28,184 nucleotides of DNA from Salpingoeca rosetta. Its lineage: Eukaryota > Protista > Choanoflagellata. The notes beneath the pieces were generated by a model. It searched no databases, was not told where the DNA came from, and saw only the letters and a program-made list of their open reading frames with translations. Positions 22,083 to 28,184 of the stretch are shown one piece after another. The position numbers and the translations under genes were made by a program. Location: assembly GCA_033442325.1 (NCBI GenBank), contig JAWQFM010000016.1:1456514-1484697 (forward strand). Reading direction: 5' to 3'. Numbering within the stretch: the stretch's first letter is position 1; each line of letters opens with the position of its first letter.

Positions 22083-24659
22083 TTTGATGAGTATCCATTT
22101 GATCTTGGGGAGATGCTCGCGTTTACGATTCTCGGTGCCCTCTGCGGTGTCTTCGCGTCGTTTTTCGTCTTCCTCCACCGAAAAGTCATCGAAACTTATG
22201 CAATATACTCACAACGTATGCAAGCAGTGTGATTGCTTGTGGGTACGCTTACGTGTGTGTGTGTGCACGTGTGTGTCTGTGTATGTGCGTGTGTGTCTGT
22301 GTGTCTGTGTATGTGCATGTGTGTGTGTGTGTGCACGTGTGTGTGTGCACGTGTGTGTGTGCACGTGTGTGTGTGCACGTGTGTGTGTATGTGCGTGTGC
22401 GTACGTGCGCACGTGCCTCCTCACCTCGCCACCGACTCCCCGTCCTCCCTCCCTCTCGGTTCGTCGGGACTGCCACCAGCGGGCCGTGCATTGGCCGTTA
22501 TTGCCCGCTATCGCTACCTCTACCCGCTCATCATCTCCTTCTTCATCGCCACCCTCACCTTTCCGGGTACGCACCTGCATTTGTGCGTATATGTGTGTCT
22601 CTGTGTGTGTATGTATGTCTGTGTCTGTGTGTGTATGCGCGCGTGTTTGCTCGCTCATCTCTCTCTGTCTCTGTCTCTCTCTCTCTCTGTCTCTCTGTCT
22701 CTGTCTGTCTCTCTCTCTGTCTGTCTGTCTCTGCGCAATCGTGCTCGTACCGTGCAACCCTCACGCTCCTCACCGCCAACGTCACGGGTGTTTTTGTCGT
22801 TGTTGCAGGTCTGATTGGACGGCACCTGTCGCTGGTGCAGGCGACGGAGATCAACCACCTCTTCACCACGGAGCGCCTGCAGTGCATCGAGGTGATGGTG
22901 GGAAGCGATTGTTGGGGGAGGCGGGCACGTGGTGGGAAGAAAGGACACGCACGCACAGACACATCACAGCCGTAGCCGTGTAGACTCGTGCTCTCACGAA
23001 ACTGCCATGTTCATTGTGATTCCGTCACATCGTTAACACCACCATCATTGCACCATCACCACGACCTCTATGTTGTAGGAGTGGCGGGGCGGGAGTTTGA
23101 TTCTCAACCTCGTCATCTTCGTCATTGTCAAGTTTATCGTCACCATCCTCGCCATCACAATGCCCATCCCAGGTGAGTGACAGCAGCAGCAGTGACAACA
23201 GCAGCGACAACAGCAGCAGCAGCAACAGCACGGATTGTGCCTTGTCTCGCTTGTCGTGCAGGATGTGCGTGTCTGTGGTTTTGCTCGGAAACCCGCTCAT
23301 TCCTCCCCTTGGAATCACCTCGAACAGTCACTTGCTCCCCACCCTTCCTTCACCCCACTTACTCACACACCATCACATACACACCATCACACACACACAC
23401 ACATACACATACACACACGCACGCATACACACCTCATCACCATCACCTCACCATCGCCACCGCCAGCGGGCGTGTTTGTGCCCGTGTTTGTGATTGGCGC
23501 CGGGTTTGGGCGGCTCATTGGTGAGAGCATGGCCATCTGGTTCCCGACGGGTCTCACGTCGGGCGGCGATGACGATTTCCAGCCCGCCGGGTTCTGCGAT
23601 TGGGGCGGGGGGAACCACATTGTTCCTGGTGGTTACGCCGTGGTTGGCGCGGCTGCACTCGCTGGTGGTGTCACGCACACCATCTCAACCTCCGTCATCG
23701 TCTTCGAGCTCACAGGTTGCTGGGATCTGATGTGTGATTATGTGCATGTGTGATTATGCGCATGTGTGTGTGTGCGTGCATACATGCGGTGTGATGTGTG
23801 TGTGTGTGTGTGCATACATGCGGTGTGATATGTGTGTACATGTGGTGTGATGTGTGTATGTCTATTTGCCGTGATACCAACATATTGCCATAGCTTGACG
23901 ACAACACTCACTCACACCCACACCCACATCCACACACACACACGATCATGTTCCACATGCAACACTGCCAGGCCAAATCCACCACATCCTGCCTGTGATG
24001 GTGGCTGTGCTGATTGCCAATGCCATCTGCCAAACGCTGTCACCGTCCATCTACGACAGCATCATCCAGATCAGAGGCCTCCCCTATCTCCCTGACATCC
24101 GCCGCGACGCCGTCTTCCAGCGCGTACGTACCGCCGGTGTGCTCGTCTGTCTGTCTCTCTGTCTCTCTGTCTGTCTCTCTCTGTCTCTCTCTCTCTCTGT
24201 CAGCTTGTCTACACTGACTTGTAACCCCTTTCTGTTGCACGCAACCACCAACACCATGACCTCACCGCCCCCAAACGCTGCCATCTTGCGCTGTGCAGAC
24301 GGTGGACAAGTTCATGATGAAGCGTCCGCCGTTTGTGTCCCTGCACTGCACGTACGGCCGCATCTACCGCACCCTCCGCCGCTCCGCCCTCACATACCTT
24401 CCGCTCGTCGACTCTCCAAGTCAGCACGCGTGGGCGTGTGTGTCTGTGTGTCTGTGTATCTGCTGTGTATGTATCTGTGTATCTGCTGTGTATGTGTGTG
24501 TATGTGTGTGTCTGTGTCTGTGTCTGTGTATCTGCTGTGTAACTGCGTGTTGATGTCTTTCCCCAGTCTCCTCTCATGTTCTAACCCTTCATTGCCGCTG
24601 TACCTTGCACTGCAGAGTCGATGGTGCTGCTTGGAAGCATCCACCGCCACGCCCTCGCC
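22083..24659 (+). CDS. CLCN2: CLC chloride channel, ClC-1/ClC-2-like; only helices J-R and the first CBS domain are present; runs into the gap
   Basis: Exons 22083-22215, 22480-22566, 22809-22891, 23079-23172, 23467-23715, 23972-24123, 24299-24419 and 24616-gap, all in phase. Sequence [14 protein letters not shown]..., [115 protein letters not shown] is close to vertebrate ClC-2 as recalled. Confidence 0.9.
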
Positions 24660-24759
24660 NNNNNNNNNNNNNNNNNNNNNNNNNNNNNNNNNNNNNNNNN
24701 NNNNNNNNNNNNNNNNNNNNNNNNNNNNNNNNNNNNNNNNNNNNNNNNNNNNNNNNNNN
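24660..24759. other. Assembly gap (100 N), probably hiding the CLC 3' end and the 5' end of the sushi gene
   Basis: A run of 100 N, with coding sequence of two different genes on either side. Confidence 0.97.
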
Positions 24760-24763
24760 GTGT

Positions 24764-24808
<45 letters not shown>

Positions 24809-24966
24809 CGCTCTCTCTCTCTCTCTCTCAACCCGTGCCCAGAGGCATGCACAATACCTGTTTCAAATCCCTTCCATTTCCCTTCTCCCACACCTTGCTT
24901 CTCTCAACTCATGCTCACACCTCATGTACGCCCCCCCCCCCTTCTCTCGTCATCATCCGCGTGCAG

Positions 24967-26369
24967 TCGACGTGCATGGCGACGTGCCAGCCCGGGTATG
25001 TTGGGCCCGCCTCCCCCTTCACCTGCCAGGCAGACAAGACGTGGGGCGGTAACTACACAGATGCCTGCACCCCAATTGACTGCGGCCCAACAATCCACAA
25101 CGCAGATGCGCTCAACGTGACAGCCACGTGCACGGGCGACACGCGTTACACGGGCGATGCCTGCACTGCCACGTGTGCACCGGGATACAGAGGCCCTTCG
25201 TCAACCTTCACGTGCGGCGCAGACGGCAAGTGGACAGGCAGTCCGCAGTGTGAGCCGATCCAGTGTGGCCGCCCCGCCCTGCTGGACTCGAACGTGCGCC
25301 TGCGCTGCTTCGACACAGTGGCGCTGGGCCGTGGCTGCCGTACGTCCTGTGCTGTTGGGCGCAAGGAGGGCACAGACTTCACGTGCAACGCCGACGGCCA
25401 GTGGGAAGGTTTGTTACGTGCATTCTGCCGCCCACGCAGAACACGACCACAACCACAACCACGTCCACCACCACCACATCCACAACAACCACGCGCCCCG
25501 CAGCGTCAACTGCGAGTGCGCTCGAAGGCGGCACGCTGATTGGCCTCATCATCGGTGTGATTGCGTTCCTGCTGCTGCTGGTGGTCGTCGTGCTCGCACT
25601 GCGCCTTCGCTCCAACCGCACCCGCCCCATCAACGGCCCACCGGGCATGACCAAGGGGCCTGGTGTTGCAGAGACAAGCATGTACACCAACCCAACGCAC
25701 TCGTCATTCAGAAACCGCAAGCTCCCGGTTCGTGTGTGTGTGTGTGTGTGATGCGTGATATGTGTGTGAGAGGTGGAAGTGTGTGTGAGGTGTGGAAGTG
25801 TGTGTGAGGTGTGGAAGTGTGTGTGTGTGTGTGTGTGTGTGGAAGTGTGTGTGTGTGTGGAAGTGTGTGTGTGTTTGTGTGTGTCCGTGTCTGTGTGCAT
25901 GTCATATGTGTGTGATGTTTGCATGTTATATGTGTGCATGACTTCATGGATTTTCTCTGCTGCCCTCACGCCCCTCCGGCAACACCGGATTGCATCTGTG
26001 TGATTGCTCGTGCTGTCAACAGGAGGACCATTACAGCGTGTATGCTCGTGCCGCCATGACTTCCCAGCCACCACGGTATGTTGTTGCTGTTGCTGCTGCT
26101 GCTGCTGCTGTGTCTCTTTTGGCGAGTGTACCTGCGCTGCTCTTTGCTCACGTGCGTGAACGGATCTGATCTCTCTTCGCACGCATGCACTTTGCCTTCC
26201 GGCTTCCTCATCATTCCACTCACCATCAATCCCAACCCACACCAACATGCTTGCTACCACCAGGCCAAGTGCACCGAAGCCGATTGGCGCAGAGTCGAGC
26301 ACGGACTACGACGCGATGCGGCAGACGTCGTTCAGGAAACTCGAGCCAGGCCTCGACGTCACCACATAA
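24967..26369 (+). CDS. Sushi/CCP-repeat single-pass membrane protein with a Thr-rich stalk and Tyr-motif tail (5' partial; 1-nt frameshift at about 25410)
   Basis: Exon 24967-25727 encodes about 2.5 CCP-like repeats (C..TC.PGY.GP...FTC.ADG.W.G...C). It continues in the -1 frame as FVTCILPPTQNTTTTTT..., then the TM segment LIGLIIGVIAFLLLLVVVVLAL followed by RLR. Exons 26023-26075 and 26264-26369 complete the tail to TAA. Confidence 0.85.
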
Positions 26370-26410
26370 CTAGCACCCTCACACACGGCACCCAGCCACA
26401 CGTGCTGCCG

Positions 26411-26480
26411 TTTGTTGTTGTTCTTGTTGTTGTTCTTGTTGTTGTTCTTGTTGTTCTTGTTGTTCTTGTTCTTGTTGTTG
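26411..26480. repeat. (CTTGTTGTT)-type trinucleotide-based repeat in the 3' region of the sushi gene
   Basis: Alternating GTT and CTT triplets. Confidence 0.85.
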
Positions 26481-27028
26481 TGATGGGTTCTATGTCTCAT
26501 CGGTTGCCTAACTCAAATACGTCTTTCTGTGCGCGTGTATACTGTGTGTGCATGAGTGTGCTGCTTCTACCACATGCTTTCCCATTGCATGGTGCTTCTG
26601 TATTGCGTCTGTTGACTCCGATTTCACGGTAGCCCAATCTTTTATGTGTGTTTCCATGTTGTGTGTGTGTTTCCTGCGCTTGTCTCTCTGCTTCTTCTGC
26701 GTTTTGTGCGTGCACACATGGAATGAACAAACGCTGTTTCCCATCCGTTGTCGTCGTGTTGTTGTTGTCTTTGATTGGCTGTGCTTTTTTGCCTTTGAGG
26801 CCGCCGCGTTTGAAATACAACCACCCACATCAACACGCTGATGGAATCACACAGCTACAGTGTGAATGCCACACACACGAACACGCACACACACACACAC
26901 ACATATACGCTCGCGCGCGCTTGCACACACACGTCCACACACAAACGCACGCACACACGAACACACATATACGCACACACACACACACGTCCACATATAC
27001 GCTCGCGCGCGCTTGCATACAATCACTC

Positions 27029-27776
27029 TCATGACGAGGCCACAGTGGCAACGCCATGGCCACCGCCCAGCGAGACAAGCAGCTGCTTGGCGCGTTCTGT
27101 TTTCCAGTCCGAAAGCTCGCGATGCGTCTCAATGACGTGCACGTACAAGGACAGGCAGTTTTGGGCACATTGCCTCACGCCGTCACGTGTGCGCAGTCCT
27201 TCCAGCTCCGTGCACAGTCTGCATGACACCTTGTGACGCTTCCAATCAGCAACCTGGCACTCACGCCCACAGTACCACACGCAATGGCACCGCGCGCACG
27301 TTTGCAAGCGCGCCTGTTCTTGCTTGCATGCAAAACACCGCCGCTGTTGCTGTTGCTGTTGCGATTGCTGCGCATGCAAATCATCCGCGCCATCCCTATC
27401 ATCACCATCATCATGCCTTGTGTGTGTGTACAGCTGCAGAACGCGAGGCATTCGCCCACGAACGGCAATCCGTGCGCTGCCATCGCCATCTTCAATATCA
27501 TCAACACTGCCATCGCTGCATGTAGCGGTGTCTTCTCTTGCACTGCCCGCATCAGCATCACCACGGCCAGGCGTGCGCGCGCGCGTGTGCCCCAGAAGCC
27601 ATACGCACATCTCGCCCGCGTACATGAGCGAGAGGAGGTGTGTTGAGCTCAGCACGCCGCGTTCAACCAACCGCTTTGCCTTCTGCTGCTCCTCAGCCTA
27701 TGGCACGCATGGCACGAGCATGAGGTGTCAGGGGGAAAGTGGAGAGTGCAAGTGCGGAGGGCCGGGTGGTTGTGTG

Positions 27777-27852
<76 letters not shown>

Positions 27853-28050
27853 TGGATTCATCGAATGCGACAGCAAGTAAGAAGCAACCACGGCGAAGCA
27901 GGTTATGTGCTATCCTGACACACACACACACGCACGCACACATGCACGCACACGCAAACAACAACATAGATGAGCCACCTGCTTGGCAATGAGGTTTGCG
28001 CCGGTGGAGCGCGTGAGAAGAACAAAATGGGCGACTCCCGTCCACATCAA
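27029..28050 (-). CDS. RIMOC1: RIMOC1/C5orf51-like protein with an inserted MYND zinc finger (5' partial)
   Basis: Exons (-) 28050-27979 and 27697-27029. KAKRLVERGVLSSTHLLSLMYAGEMCVW matches the recalled human C5orf51 block (AKLLSAGIFSDIHLLAMMYSGEMCYW). VRQCAQNCLSLYVHVIE...DWKTERAKQLL matches its C-terminal helices (REVGEKILKKYVSVCE...EWNTTNAKQIL). MYND finger CFAC...CARCHCVWYCGRECQVADWKRHKVSC lies at 27337-27221. Confidence 0.8.
27779..27851. repeat. (TG)n in the RIMOC1 intron, reading (CA)n on the sense strand
   Basis: Perfect run. Confidence 0.95.
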
Positions 28051-28152
28051 CTGCATCCAACATGCAAGTGCACGTGAATGTAGAAACGTGAGTGAGTGCG
28101 TCATACTGAAGCTGATGGCGTGCAGCGAGACGCAGGCTGTCACTTGTCACTG

Positions 28153-28184
<32 letters not shown>

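Noticed and set aside
23995-25539. 514-aa ORF apparently fusing CLC to sushi repeats
   Set aside because: It reads through introns and a 100-N gap, so it joins two different genes artefactually.
26798-26816. GCCGCG-TTTGAA resembling a CDE/CHR cell-cycle promoter element
   Set aside because: It lies between two convergent 3' ends rather than in a promoter, and such a short motif is expected by chance.
1-28184. Hundreds of 60-300 aa ORFs rich in CVCV or HTHT
   Set aside because: They are translations of stop-free (TG)n/(CA)n microsatellites; the real genes are spliced from short exons.

Overview
This is intron-rich eukaryotic genomic DNA loaded with (TG)n/(CA)n microsatellites. The style and gene set suggest a unicellular holozoan such as a Salpingoeca-like choanoflagellate (inference). 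Almost all ORFs in the track are microsatellite artefacts, so I rebuilt the genes by hand from GT-AG boundaries and checked the phases. In order the window holds: a TBC1D13 Rab-GAP (+, 5' end outside the window); a ZNRD2/SSSCA1 homologue (-); MIF (+, head-to-head with ZNRD2, with a 15-nt microexon); a solitary 5S rRNA gene (-); about 10 kb with no identifiable protein; a 63/74-bp minisatellite; an assembly gap; an ArfGAP-FYVE gene (+); only the C-terminal half of a ClC-2-like chloride channel (+); a second gap; a sushi/CCP single-pass membrane protein carrying a frameshift (+); and a RIMOC1/C5orf51 homologue with an inserted MYND zinc finger (-, 5' end outside the window). Homology calls rest on remembered family motifs, not database searches.
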